Source: Eledone cirrhosa | Taxonomy: Eukaryota | Length of the DNA stretch: 64,000 bases | NCBI GenBank assembly: GCA_964016885.1 | Contig: OZ024762.1 | Coordinates: 10,168,001-10,232,000, forward strand | Direction: 5' to 3' | Part shown: positions 12,859-28,232 of the stretch, piece by piece | Layout: each line of letters begins with the position of its first letter | Position numbering within the stretch: the first letter of the stretch is position 1 | Made by a program: the position numbers and the translations under genes | The notes under the pieces: model-generated | The model's database searches: none | What the model was told of the DNA's origin: nothing | What the model saw: only the letters and a program-made list of their open reading frames with translations

Positions 12859-12967
12859 TGAGAGAGAGAAAGAGAGAAAGTGAGAGAGAGAGAGAGAGCA
12901 GCTGTTCAATTACTTCTTTCTCTGAAAACAACTGTTAAGTCTATCAGAGAAGATTGCATGAGTGGGT

Positions 12968-13959
<992 letters not shown>

Positions 13960-13996
13960 CTATGTATATATATGTCTCTATATATGTATGTGTGTA

Positions 13997-14039
<43 letters not shown>

Positions 14040-14213
14040 ATATAGACATACATATATATATGTGTGTATACATATATATGTATGTGTATATATATTTGTA
14101 TGTACGTATGTATGTATGTATACACACATATATATATATGTATGTCTCTATATATATATATATATATATATAAATATACACACATACATATATAGAGACA
14201 TATATATACATAG

Positions 14214-14263
<50 letters not shown>

Positions 14264-14300
14264 CTATGTATATATATGTCTCTATATATGTATGTGTGTA

Positions 14301-14342
<42 letters not shown>

Positions 14343-14678
14343 TACATATATATATATGTGTGTATACATATATATGTATGTGTATATATATATTTGTATG
14401 TACGTATGTATGTATATATACATCTAATGATGTAGACCAGTTCTACTTTTTGGGGCAAATGCATACGATGTTCAGAGAGTGAGATTGACTCTTTGCAAAG
14501 CCTTTCTTCACTTACAAAAGCTTCAAGCACAGACATCGCTTGATATGTGACATTTGTTGCAATCCATGGTATTGCTGGTCATAGGAAAGTCCCTAGCAGG
14601 ACTAAAAAGCCACACCCGTGATGCTCAAGTGCATCAAGTGATGGCATTACTCGAACTCGAGTTACAACCATCATATAT

Positions 14679-14752
14679 ATTAACCTTTTAGCATTCAAAC
14701 CGGCCATATCCGGCCAGAATTCTCTCACCTCTTTCTGTTCAAACCAGCCGTG
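14679..14752. mobile_element. Terminal fragment of the piggyBac-like MITE
   Basis: TTAACCTTTTAGCATTCAAACC...AGAATTCTCTCA is the reverse complement of 8570-8644. Confidence 0.6.
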
Positions 14753-14754
14753 AG

Positions 14755-15445
<691 letters not shown>

Positions 15446-16074
15446 CTCCCAATAATCTAGCAAGCGTGGGCGTGACCACATCCAGACACTAGAAACATTT
15501 AACCGTTGTTGTTGTTGTTGATTTTATTGGAATTTAGAACACCCCCACCCCCCAGCCACAATATACACCACACACCGCCACCACCACACCTCTAATCTGC
15601 CATATAATACATATAATACATATATATATATAATACATATATAATACACATAATACATATATAATACACATAATACATATATATATATAATACATATATA
15701 TATATATATATAATACATATATATACATATATATATAATACATATATATACATATATATAATATATATATATAATACATATAATACATATATACATATAT
15801 ATATAATACATATATATATACATTTATATAATTGTTTCTACTTTAGGCACAAGGCCAGCAATTACTCAGTGCATTACTGGTACTTTATTTTATCGACCCC
15901 GTAAGGATGAACATATATATAATACATATATATATATAATACATATATAATACATATATATATATAATACATATATAATACATATATATATAATACATAT
16001 ATAATATATATATATATATACATTTATGTATAATACATATATATAATACATATATATATACATATACATATATA

Positions 16075-16092
16075 TAGTAGTAGTAGTAATAC

Positions 16093-16149
<57 letters not shown>

Positions 16150-16990
16150 CAATGGTGGTAGTGATGGTGACACACATACATTACTGAAGAGCGATGGGGC
16201 ATGGGTGATATAAAATAAGAACGGCAAATGGCCATGAAACGAAGTTACGTTAGAGAATTGTGACATCAAAGACATGTGGTGCTAGTGGTGGTGGTGATAG
16301 GGTATGGTGGTGGTGGCGTTGGTGATAGGGTATGGTGGTGGTGGTGGCGTTGGTAGAGGATGGTGGTGGTGGCGTTGGTGGTAGAGGATGGTGGTGGTGG
16401 CGTTGGTGGTAGTGATAGAGGGTGGTGGTGGTGGCGTTGGTGGTGGCGTTGGTGGTGGTGGTGGCGTTGGTGGTGGTGATAGAGGATGGTGGTGGTGGTG
16501 GTGGCGTTGATGGTAGTGACAGAGGAAGGTGGTGGTGGCGTTGGTGGTAGTGATAGGGGATGGTGGTGGTGATAAGGGATGGTGGAGGTGGCGTTGGTGG
16601 TGGTGATAGGTGGTGGTGGTGGCGTTGGTGGTAGTGATAGGGGATGGTGGTGGTGGCGTTGGTGGTAGTGATAGAGGATGGTGGTGGTGGCGTTGGTGGT
16701 AGTGACAGAGGAAGGTGGTGGTGGCGTTGGTGGTAGTGATAGGGGATGGTGGTGGTGGCGTTGGTGGTAGTGATAGAGGATGGTGGTGGTGATAAGGGAT
16801 GGTGGAGGTGGCGTTGGTGGTGGTGGTGGTGACGTTGGTGGTGGTAGTGTTGGTGGCGATAGGTGGTGGTGGTAGTGTTGGTGGTGGTGGCGTTGGCGGT
16901 AGTGATAGAGGATGGTGGTGGTGGCGTTGGTGGTAGTGATAGAGGATGGTGGTGGTGGTGGCAGTGAGGGCGGACGGTGGTGGTAGTGGT
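16075..16990. repeat. (TAG)n and GGT-rich minisatellite
   Basis: GGTGGTGGCGTTGGTGGTAGTGATAGAGGAT-type units. Confidence 0.9.
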
Positions 16991-17490
16991 TGTACATACA
17001 CAACCTCTGTTGGTCAACTAACAGAGAACGAAGGATAGCCTCGGACAGAAACATGAACTTTCCTCTCTAAAAATCTATGTAAAAACCAATAAATTTTCTT
17101 CTCCATTTTATTATTATTCGTATAAATCTGCAACTTAACTGCACTTTGCACTTCCGCCGTTGAAAAAACATATTATGCTGAAACCGGTACCACGATTAAA
17201 TACGGAAATACTCACTTTATAAAATAAATATTTTGATATTATACTGAAAAAAATCCCTCCAGCATTTTCTACTGAATTTCTTTTCCTTTTTAGTATTTGT
17301 TTACTATTTGTGTAGTGATTTCCAGAGGTTGACTGAGGTGATCGAACCCCACTGGCTTGGTCCCGTGCGCTCCCTACAATTTCGGTTTATTTAAGGTCAA
17401 TACCCTTCACTCAAGTGCTTACTGGGACATAACAAAACAGATAGAGACAAGAATGCGCAAATACTAAAGGAAACAAAACAAACACAGGAA

Positions 17491-17602
<112 letters not shown>

Positions 17603-17894
17603 ATCATCTGGGAGTATGTTTTGTGAGAGAGAGAGAGGAAGGGAGGAAGACTATTCTTCACCATATATATAGAAGCGAGAAAAACCACAAACCCTCCATC
17701 TCAATTCTACTTTTGAAAAGCATAAGAACTGTGAAACCGGTAAAGGAAACAAATAAATATTCTTAAAAAGACTCCAGTTGCATTTTCGATATCTTTTCAT
17801 TATACTTTCATTCGTGTAGGACATCTCGTTTTTTTGTTTTTTTTTCATTTAAAAAAACCCCCCTCATTTCCTTATATATATATATATATATATA

Positions 17895-18087
17895 CGTACG
17901 TTATTCCGGGTTGAATCGGAGGTAACCACAGTAAGTAAGGTACTCAATACATTGCAGAGTATAAAAGTTTTAATATAGATGAGATTCTACAGGACTAGAA
18001 CTGTTTCATTCTTTAGAAATCATCAGATTCCTGATGATTTCTAAAGAATGAAACAGTTCTAGTCCTGTAGAATCTCATCTATATTAA

Positions 18088-18090
<3 letters not shown>
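17895..18090. mobile_element. Family C foldback element with hammerhead (plus-strand HHR 18025-18075)
   Basis: AGATTC CTGATGA TTTC-TAAA-GAAT GAA ACAG-TTCTAGTC-CTGT A GAATCT. Inverted arms 17967-18026 and 18031-18090; (TA)n on both sides. Confidence 0.8.
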
Positions 18091-18132
<42 letters not shown>

Positions 18133-18187
18133 GTGTGTTCTGTTATTAATTCTGGCAATATTACACAAATATGACCCTCCCCAAATA

Positions 18188-18256
<69 letters not shown>

Positions 18257-18346
18257 ATACGTACATAAACTGTACGGCTTCATTCGGGCTGTTTGTTTAC
18301 AAACAAACCGAACATTATAATAAACGTTCGGTAAACCCATACGTAC

Positions 18347-18393
<47 letters not shown>

Positions 18394-18613
18394 CTACTGT
18401 ACGTCTGTATACATACTTATATATATATATATATATATATATAGGGAAAAGAAATCGAAAATGCAACTGGAGTCTTTTTAAGAATATATAATCCCTTAAC
18501 TGTTGGAGAGTAATTACATTAACTGATAAGACAAATATATATGGGTGTATAACGACATGTATAGGCGAATAGATAAGTCACTCACGCGCACACATGCATT
18601 GCACTCCCCCCCC

Positions 18614-18675
<62 letters not shown>

Positions 18676-18710
18676 TCAAAATTAAGTGGAAGGAAAATCA
18701 ACCACTTCAT

Positions 18711-18743
<33 letters not shown>

Positions 18744-18769
18744 CATACTACATATATATATATATACAT

Positions 18770-18813
<44 letters not shown>

Positions 18814-18879
18814 CTACACATATATATATATATACATATATATACATACTACACATATATATATATATACATACATACT

Positions 18880-18912
<33 letters not shown>

Positions 18913-18944
18913 CATACTACATATATATATATATATATATACAT

Positions 18945-18986
<42 letters not shown>

Positions 18987-18989
<3 letters not shown>

Positions 18990-19215
18990 ATAATAATAAA
19001 TTTGAAGACTAAAATCCAAAGAGAGCTCGATAAGGATAAATATATATCAAATATATAAGAACCGTAGAGTAAATATTTATTAAAATAACAGATTAAAGTT
19101 TAAGCAAAGAATCGCTGCTTTCACCCTTAACGGGATCTTCTGAAACTAACTAAGGTTAGGGTGAAAGCGGCGATTCTTTGCTTAAACTTTAATCTGTTAT
19201 TTTAATAAATATATT
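18987..19215. mobile_element. Family F foldback element with variant hammerhead (minus, 19097-19147)
   Basis: Minus: AGTTT CAGAAGA TCCC-GTTAA-GGGT GAA AGCA..TGCT T AAACT. Homologs at 33627 and 61418. Confidence 0.65.
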
Positions 19216-19249
<34 letters not shown>

Positions 19250-19461
19250 CATAAAAAGGAATGATCGACTTTCGTCAAATCGGACCGAGGAAACAATGTT
19301 TCCATTGGTCTTTCCAGTTGCTAAAACTATCTATCGGTCGCAACTCCAGGTAGAAGGAACAACATGAAATAAAGTGTCTTGCTCAAGGACATAACGCATC
19401 GCACGGCCCAGGAATCGAACTCACAACCCCGAATCCAATCCTCTAAGCACTCAGCCACACG

Positions 19462-19514
<53 letters not shown>

Positions 19515-19599
19515 ATATATATATATATATATATAGGAAAATGTTTAACCCTGACGGCAGAGCTCAAGCCGTTTCGACAGCTATTTCTGGACTCATTGG

Positions 19600-19644
<45 letters not shown>

Positions 19645-19645
<1 letters not shown>

Positions 19646-20077
19646 CGAAGGAATTGTGGTAAGGAACCAGATGGACCATAATACACCAAAGTACTCAATA
19701 CTTAGAGTAGTAGAGTGGGTAATAGGAAAAAGTAGGACCCCGACGGCTGAGCTCAAGTCATTTCGACGGCTAATTCTGGACTAAATGAAAAGCCGAACTT
19801 CTCAGGGGGTAATTCCATATATGGTAAAAGTGATTGTCACAAGGATTGATTTCTTCTACTGGCAAGTTCAGCTACCCCTACCTTCCACAAAATGCCATGA
19901 TAGAATCATGTGTCTCAACAACAAACTTTTGACCAATCCTTGTGACAATCACTTTTATCATATATGGAATTACCCCCTGAGAAGTTCGGCTATACATTTA
20001 CCAGGATAAAAATGTTCATTTAGTCCAGAATTAGCCGTCGAAACGGCTTGAGCTCAGCCGTCGGGATCATACTTTTT

Positions 20078-20080
<3 letters not shown>
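19645..20080. mobile_element. Longest family A foldback element, with a full hammerhead-like fold on both arms
   Basis: Plus 19972-20067: ACCCC CTGAGAA G.TCGGCT...AGCCGTC GAA ACGGCT-TGAGCTC-AGCCGT C GGGAT. Mirror copy on minus at 19737-19810. Confidence 0.7.
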
Positions 20081-20133
<53 letters not shown>

Positions 20134-20316
20134 TAGATTAGAGCAAACAGCACGGGCGCTCTATCTCAAAATTATTTTTGAAAAGCATTAGAAATGCGCA
20201 ACCGGTAAAACTTAAAACCAAAACTGAATACTAACCAATACTATTACTAATTTTTACTTATTCCTAATTAAACTATTTTTCACTGGGAACAATTTGTCAG
20301 CATTTTCTTTTCCTTT

Positions 20317-20356
<40 letters not shown>

Positions 20357-20360
<4 letters not shown>

Positions 20361-20598
20361 ATAGAAGGAGCTTCTACAGGACTAGTACTGTTTCATTCAG
20401 ATGAAATCTTCAGGAAGCCCCTGAGCTTCCTGAAGATTTCATCTGAATGAAACAGTACTAGTCCTGTAGAAGCTCCTTCTATAAAATAAAAAATAAAAAA
20501 TAATTTAAAAAAAAAAAAATTTTTTTTAAAATTTACTCTGCCATGTATTGAGTACCTTACTTACTGTGGTTATCCCCGACTCAACCCGGGACCTACGT
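20357..20598. mobile_element. Family C foldback element with two intact hammerheads (plus 20423-20475, minus 20368-20418)
   Basis: GAGCTTC CTGAAGA TTTC-ATCT-GAAT GAA ACAG-TACTAGTC-CTGT A GAAGCTC; (TA)n flanks. Confidence 0.85.
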
Positions 20599-20901
20599 AT
20601 ATATATATATATATATATACATATGTATATACATATTTACACATTTTGGGATGGCTGTTGGCTCTCATGAGATGTTCCGCCACAAGAGCCGGTGTGGTTA
20701 CTTGATAAAGTGTATTTAGAAATAAAAGAAAAGCACAAACAAGGGCCAGGTACTCTCTTCAGTTGTCTGCTGGGGGTCTCGGCCATTTCAACGCAATTAT
20801 TACTAGGGAGCTGAATTATGGTCTTACTAGTTTAAACTGGCATAATCTTGATTGCCCCCCCCCTCCCTCTCTCTCTCTCTCACACACATATGTATGTGTG
20901 T

Positions 20902-21236
20902 ATCATCATCATCATCATCATTTTACGTCCGCTTTTCCCTGCTTGCGAGGGTGGGACGGGAACTGATTCTGGCTTGATTTCTACAGCTGGATGCCCTTCC
21001 TAACACCAACCTCATTTACAGTGAGTGCTGGGAGCTTTTTTGCCGTGGCACCTCCACGACCACTTTGCAGTGGAATGATAGGGACCGCAGTCCCTATCAT
21101 CTCATTTCTACAGCTGAGTAAACTGGAGCAATGTGAAATAAAGTGTATTGCTCAAGGAAACAACACATCACCCGGTCTGAGAATTGAACTCACAACCTTT
21201 CGATTGCCAGGCCAATGCTCTAACCACTAAGCCATG
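20902..21236 (-). mobile_element. Near full-length tRNA-derived SINE family S2
   Basis: A-box TGGCTTAGTGG, B-box GAGTTCAATTCTC, CCTTGAGCAA.ACACTT core, AGGAAGGGCATCCAGCTGTAGAAA segment and (GAT)n tail. Confidence 0.85.
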
Positions 21237-21261
21237 TATATATATCATCATCATACGTCCG

Positions 21262-21806
<545 letters not shown>

Positions 21807-22024
21807 TTTATTGTTATACTTGGGGAGGGTCATATTTGCGTAATATTGCCAGAATTAATAACAGAACACACTCACTGTTTGGTTGGTTTTCGCTTCTCGC
21901 TGTCTTTTATATCTGCGATCTAACTTACTCGGTCCTCAATGTTGCCAATATATACATATCTACACATATATATACATATCTACACATACACTCCTTTTGG
22001 TTTTGGGTGTCATCTACCCCTCTT

Positions 22025-23222
22025 CGCCACCCTTAAATAGCTACGGCCAAGCTGGGACGCCACCCTTAAATAGCTACGGCTTAACTGGGGCGCCACCATT
22101 AAATAGCTACGGCCCAGCTGGGGCGCCACCCTTAAATAGCTACGGCTCAACTGGGGCGCCACCATTAAATAGCTACGGCCCAGCTGGGGCGCCACCCTTA
22201 AATAGCTACGGCTCAACTGGGGCGCCACCATTAAATAGCTACGGCCCGAGCTGGGGCGCCACCCTTAAATAGCTACAGCCCAGCTGGGGCGTCACCCTTA
22301 AATAGCTACGGCCCGAGCTGGGGCGCCACCCTTAAATAGCTACGGCTCAACTGGACAACCACCCTTAAATAGCTACGGCCCAGCTGGGGCGCCACCCTTA
22401 AATAGCTACGGCTCAACTGGGGCACCACCCTTAAATAGCTACGGCCCAGCTGGGGCGCCACCCTTAAATAGCTACGGCTCAACTGGAGCACCACCCTTAA
22501 ATAGCTACGGCCCAGCTGGGGCGCCACCCTTAAATAGCTACGGCTCAACTGGAGCACCACCCTTAAATAGCTACGGCTCAACTGGGGCACCACCCTTAAA
22601 TAGCTACGGCTCAACTGGGGCACCACCCTTAAATAGCTACGGCCCAGCTGGGGCGCCACCCTTAAATAGCTACGGCTCAACTGGGGCGCCACCCTTAAAT
22701 AGCTACGGCCCAGCTGGGGCGCCACCCTTAAATAGCTACGGCTCAACTGGAGCACCACCCTTAAATAGCTACGGCCCAGCTGGGGCGCCACTCTTAAATA
22801 GCTACGGCCCGAGCTGGGGCGCCACCCTTAAATAGCTACGGCCCGAGCTGGGGCGCCACCCTTAAATAGCTACGGCTCAACTGGGGCACCACCCTTAAAT
22901 AGCTACGGCCCAGCTGGGGCGCCACCCTTAAATAGCTACGGCTCAACTGGAGCACCACCCTTAAATAGCTACGGCCCAGCTGGGGCGCCACCCTTAAATA
23001 GCTACGGCCCGAGCTGGGGCGCCACCCTTAAATAGCTACGGCTCAACTGGGGCACCACCCTTAAATAGCTACGGCCCGAGCTGGGGCACCACCCTTAAAT
23101 AGCTACGGCCCAGCTGGGGCGCCACCCTTAAATAGCTACGGCCCAGCTGGGGCGCCACCCTTAAATAGCTACGGCCCAGCTGGGGCGCCACCCTTAAATA
23201 GCTACGGCCCGAGCTGGGGCAC
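22025..23222. repeat. 33-34-bp GC-rich minisatellite (~36 units)
   Basis: Unit CCACCCTTAAATAGCTACGG(CCCAG/CTCAA)CTGGGGCG. Confidence 0.95.
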
Positions 23223-23506
23223 AGCCCTTGACCTGACTAACTTTATTGTTAGTTTTTTGGTTATGTTATGTATCTGGGCCGCCTTGACCTCGCAATCACA
23301 TTTATGAAGGATAGTCATGAGTATAGCACCACCACCACTACTACTACTACTCTGACTCTCACCACCACCACCACTCCTCTTTTACTTCTGATGACGTCAA
23401 TAGAGCCCCCCCCCCCTCCCCATCGAACTACCACTCCTTCATCACAGAGGAAATGATTCTGGTCAATTAGTGGTTGGTGGCTTCATGCCAGGTGGAACAC
23501 TGCCTC

Positions 23507-23788
23507 TCACACACATATATATACATACACACACACACACACACATATATATACACACATATATATATACACACACACATACACACATATATATATACAT
23601 ATATACACACACACATACACACATATATATATACATATATACACACACACATACACACATATATATATACATATATACATACACACATACACACATATAT
23701 ATATACATATATACATACACACATACACACATATATATATACATATATACATACACACATACACACATATATATATACATATATACAT

Positions 23789-23828
<40 letters not shown>

Positions 23829-24000
23829 ACATACATATATACATATATATATACATACATATATACATACATACATATATACATACATATATATATACAT
23901 ACATACATACATACATATATATATACATACATACATACATACATATATACATACATATATATATACATATATATATATATACATACATACATACATATAC

Positions 24001-24031
<31 letters not shown>

Positions 24032-24050
24032 CATACACATATATATATAT

Positions 24051-24081
<31 letters not shown>

Positions 24082-24485
24082 CATACATACATACATATAT
24101 ATATATATATACATACATATATACATACATACATACATACATATATACATATATACATACATATATACATACATATATATATATATACATACATACATAC
24201 ATATATACATATATATATATACATACATACATACATATATACATATATATATATATACATACATATACATACACATATACATATATATATACACATATAT
24301 ATATGAGTATATACATACATATATACATGTGTATATACATACATATATACACACATATATATATATATACATACATATATACACACATATATACATACAT
24401 ACACATATATACACACACACACACATATATATATACATAGACACATATATACATACACACACACACACATACATACATACATACT
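23507..24485. repeat. (TA)/(CA)/(TACA)n compound microsatellite
   Basis: Direct reading. Confidence 0.95.
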
Positions 24486-25137
24486 ACTACTAACATGCAG
24501 GAAAACATATAGATGCTCTCCTTACCAGACCCTGTTCCCCCCCCCCCTCTATCTATCTTTCCGATGATAGAATCAACTTAGCCCCCCACCCCACCCCCAC
24601 CCCACCCCACCACCACCACAAGAAGCTGAGTCCACCAACATCCCAGGGTTTTCTGCAGGTAACCTAACAGGTATGGAGTGTCAGCAGAGCGAACAGTGTG
24701 GCCTAGTGGTTTAGTGTTAAGGGAGTTAGACTCACAAGCACACAAGATCCTTGGTCAAAAATGGCTGTTGTGTTTTTGAGCAACAATCTCCATTTTACAT
24801 TGGTTTTCTCTGATAGGACGCTTGAATTCCCCAGTTTTCCTTACTCTGCTCCCTCTTTTCACACACACACATATATATATAGTGTACGTGACCCAATGTA
24901 TTACTGGTGGTGATAGCAAAACAAGCACTTTATGGGTGACCCTGAGCCAATCCTCTGTGAAAGGTCAATCAATACACGATAAAAATCTAATACATGTAAA
25001 CGTTTTTTCTTATATATATATATATATATATATACATATATACCCCCCAATCCACTACCCCTACCCTATCCTCCCACTCCCACCAACAGCACGAGATAAT
25101 GAGATTGAGATCGTGTAGGTGTCACGACAAAAAACAC

Positions 25138-25575
25138 ACACAGTCCACGCTGTAATGTGGCCGTGTAGATAACACGGTAAAAAGTTCCCAGTTCCACACT
25201 GTAAATGTGGTTGGTGTTAGGAAGGGCATCCAGCCGTAGAAAACCTGCCAGATAGTCCTATATGAGCGAGACACGGTCACCCGACCAGCCTTGCCTCAAG
25301 TGGGACAACTCCCGTCTAACCCATGCTAGCGTGGAAAATAGACGTTAAACGAAGATGATGATGATATATATCATCATCATCATCACCATTTTACGTCCGT
25401 TCTTCCACGCTAGCATGGGTTAGACGGGTTGTCCTGTTGCTACTGCCCGGTCGGCTGACCATGCCTTGCTCATATGGGAACTGATTCTGGCTTGATTTCT
25501 ACAGCTGGATCCCCTTCCTAACACCAACCTCATTTCCAGTGAGTGCTGGGTACTTTTTTTTCCGTGGCGCCTACA
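25138..25575. mobile_element. Two SINE S2 3' halves arranged tail-to-tail
   Basis: The plus copy ends GATGATGATGAT at ~25365; the minus copy begins ATCATCATCATC at ~25370. Confidence 0.7.
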
Positions 25576-25578
25576 CAC

Positions 25579-25618
<40 letters not shown>

Positions 25619-25745
25619 TGTGTATATATATACATACACATATTCATAGAAAAGAAAGGGAAGGAGATGATTGTCAGATAAAACTATGGCGACAATATTT
25701 CCATTGCTCATACCATCTGTTGGTTGTAACACCTGGCACAAGAAA

Positions 25746-26850
25746 AGAGCTGATCATCAGATCAGACCAAAGATTCAATATTTCCAATTGTCTGATCTGA
25801 GCTGAGCTGATCATCAGATCAGACCAAAGATTCAATATTTCCAATTGTCTGATCTGAGCTGAGCTGATCATCAGATCAGACCAAAGATTCAATATTTCCA
25901 ATTGTCTGATCTGAGCTGAGCTGATCATCAGATCAGACCAAAGATTCAATATTTCCAATTGTCTGATCTGAGCTGAGCTGATCATCAGATCAGACCAAAG
26001 ATTCAATATTTCCAATTGTCTGATCTGAGCTGAGCTGATCATCAGATCAGACCAAAGATTCAATATTTCCAATTGTCTGATCTGAGCTGAGCTGATCATC
26101 AGATCAGACCAAAGATTCAATATTTCCAATTGTCTGATCTGAGCTGAGTTGATCATCAGATCAGACCAAAGATTCAATGTTTCCAATTGTCTGATCTGAG
26201 CTGAGTTGATCATCAGATCAGACCAAAGATTCAATGTTTCCAATTGTCTGATCTGAGCTGAGCTGATCATCAGATCAGACCAAAGATTCAATATTTCCAA
26301 TTGTCTGATCTGAGCTGAGTTGATCATCAGATCAGACCAAAGATTCAATATTTCCAATTGTCTGATCTGAGCTGAGTTGATCATCAGATCAGACCAAAGA
26401 TTCAATATTTCCAATTGTCTGATCTGAGCTGAGTTGATCATCAGATCAGACCAAAGATTCAATGTTTCCAATTGTCTGATCTGAGCTGAGCTGATCATCA
26501 GATCAGACCAAAGATTCAATATTTCCAATTGTCTGATCTGAGCTGAGTTGATCATCAGATCAGACCAAAGATTCAATATTTCCAATTGTCTGATCTGAGC
26601 TGAGTTGATCATCAGATCAGACCAAAGATTCAATATTTCCAATTGTCTGATCTGAGCTGAGTTGATCATCAGATCAGACCAAAGATTCAATGTTTCCAAT
26701 TGTCTGATCTGAGCTGAGTTGATCATCAGATCAGACCAAAGATTCAATATTTCCAATTGTCTGATCTGAGCTGAGTTGATCATCAGATCAGACCAAAGAT
26801 TCAATGTTTCCAATTGTCTGATCTGAGCTGAGCTGATCATCAGATCAGAC
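25746..26850. repeat. 57-bp highly homogeneous minisatellite (~19 units)
   Basis: Unit GAG(C/T)TGATCATCAGATCAGACCAAAGATTCAAT(A/G)TTTCCAATTGTCTGATCTGAGCT. Confidence 0.95.
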
Positions 26851-27230
26851 AAAGGAAACAATGTTTCTGTTGATCTTTCCATTGCTCATGCTATCTGTTG
26901 GTTGTAACTCTTGGCAGAAGGAGGAGGCCGGATTTGATCTGAGAATGTACAAAGCAGTATCAGATACCTTAAAGATTCTGAACAACCTAACACCTCCAGT
27001 ACTTTATTGACAGCCACCGGACCCCCCCCCCCCCACCCTGCCCAAGGATGAAAATCCCAAGGTAACATCAACATGATGTAAAACTTAGAGCACACTGAGT
27101 TATGTAGTCTGACATGTTAATCACTTAGTCATGTCCCTGACAACAGCAGCAGCAGCAGCAACAACAACAACAACAACAGCAACAGCAACAACAACAGCAA
27201 CAACAACAGTGGAAATAGATAATTACTGAC

Positions 27231-27299
27231 CTTCAATGTCACGAGGGTTGAGAGTTCTGTGAAGTGTTGGTGTGTCACGCTCTGTATCACGTGTTGCAC
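27231..27299 (-). other. Candidate 69-nt upstream Elk exon
   Basis: Acceptor ATTTCCAG and donor AAG|GTCAGT. It is an island of unique sequence, open in phase 1 (ATRDTERDTPTLHRTLNPRDIE). Confidence 0.3.
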
Positions 27300-27671
27300 C
27301 TGGAAATATTTATATTAATATATTAATATATATATATATATATACACACACAAAGACACACATATATATATACACACACACACAGACACACATATATATA
27401 TACACACACACACAGACACACATATATATATACACACACACACAGACACACATATATATATACACACACACACATATATATATACACACACACACATATA
27501 TATATACACACACACACATATATATATATACACACACACTCACACATATATATATATATACACACACTCACACATATATATATATATATATATACACACT
27601 CACACATATATATATATATATATACACACTCACACATATATATATATATATACACACTCACACATATATAT

Positions 27672-27702
<31 letters not shown>

Positions 27703-28020
27703 TATATACACACACACACATATATACACACACACATATATATACACACACACAAACACATATATATATACACACACACAAACACATATATACACACACA
27801 CACATATATATACACACACACACAAACACATATATACACACACACAAACACATATATATACACACACACAAACACACATATATATACACACACACAAACA
27901 CACATATATATACACACACACAAACACACATATATATACACAAACACACATATATACACATACACAAACACACATATATATACACACAAACACACACACA
28001 TATATATATAACACATTTAC

Positions 28021-28059
28021 GAGCTGAGGATCCTCAGCTAAGGTGAAACAATTGTTCTC
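28021..28059 (+). ncRNA. Minimal type I hammerhead ribozyme
   Basis: GAG CTGAGGA TCCT-CAGCTA-AGGT GAA AC-AATT-GT T CTC, with a palindromic loop 3. Confidence 0.7.
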
Positions 28060-28232
28060 AGTATGGTGAACTAACTGTTGTCTAACCACTTCTACCAAAC
28101 TCGTCCCATGGACTGAGTGCTCTACCACTACGGATATTACCTTCCAGTGTTCTACCACGATAACACATATATACACACACACACATATATATATATATAT
28201 ACACCCACACACACATACACTCAAACTGATGT

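Noticed and set aside
22025-23222. CRISPR-like regularity
   Set aside because: Head-to-tail units with no unique spacers, no cas genes, and a eukaryotic context.
25674-26882. 402-aa repeat ORF, and a CTGATGA...GAAA pattern in each minus-strand 57-bp unit
   Set aside because: The ORF follows from a stop-free unit whose length is divisible by 3, and it has no domain. The hammerhead-like words lack a pairable stem I and have at most a 3-bp stem II.
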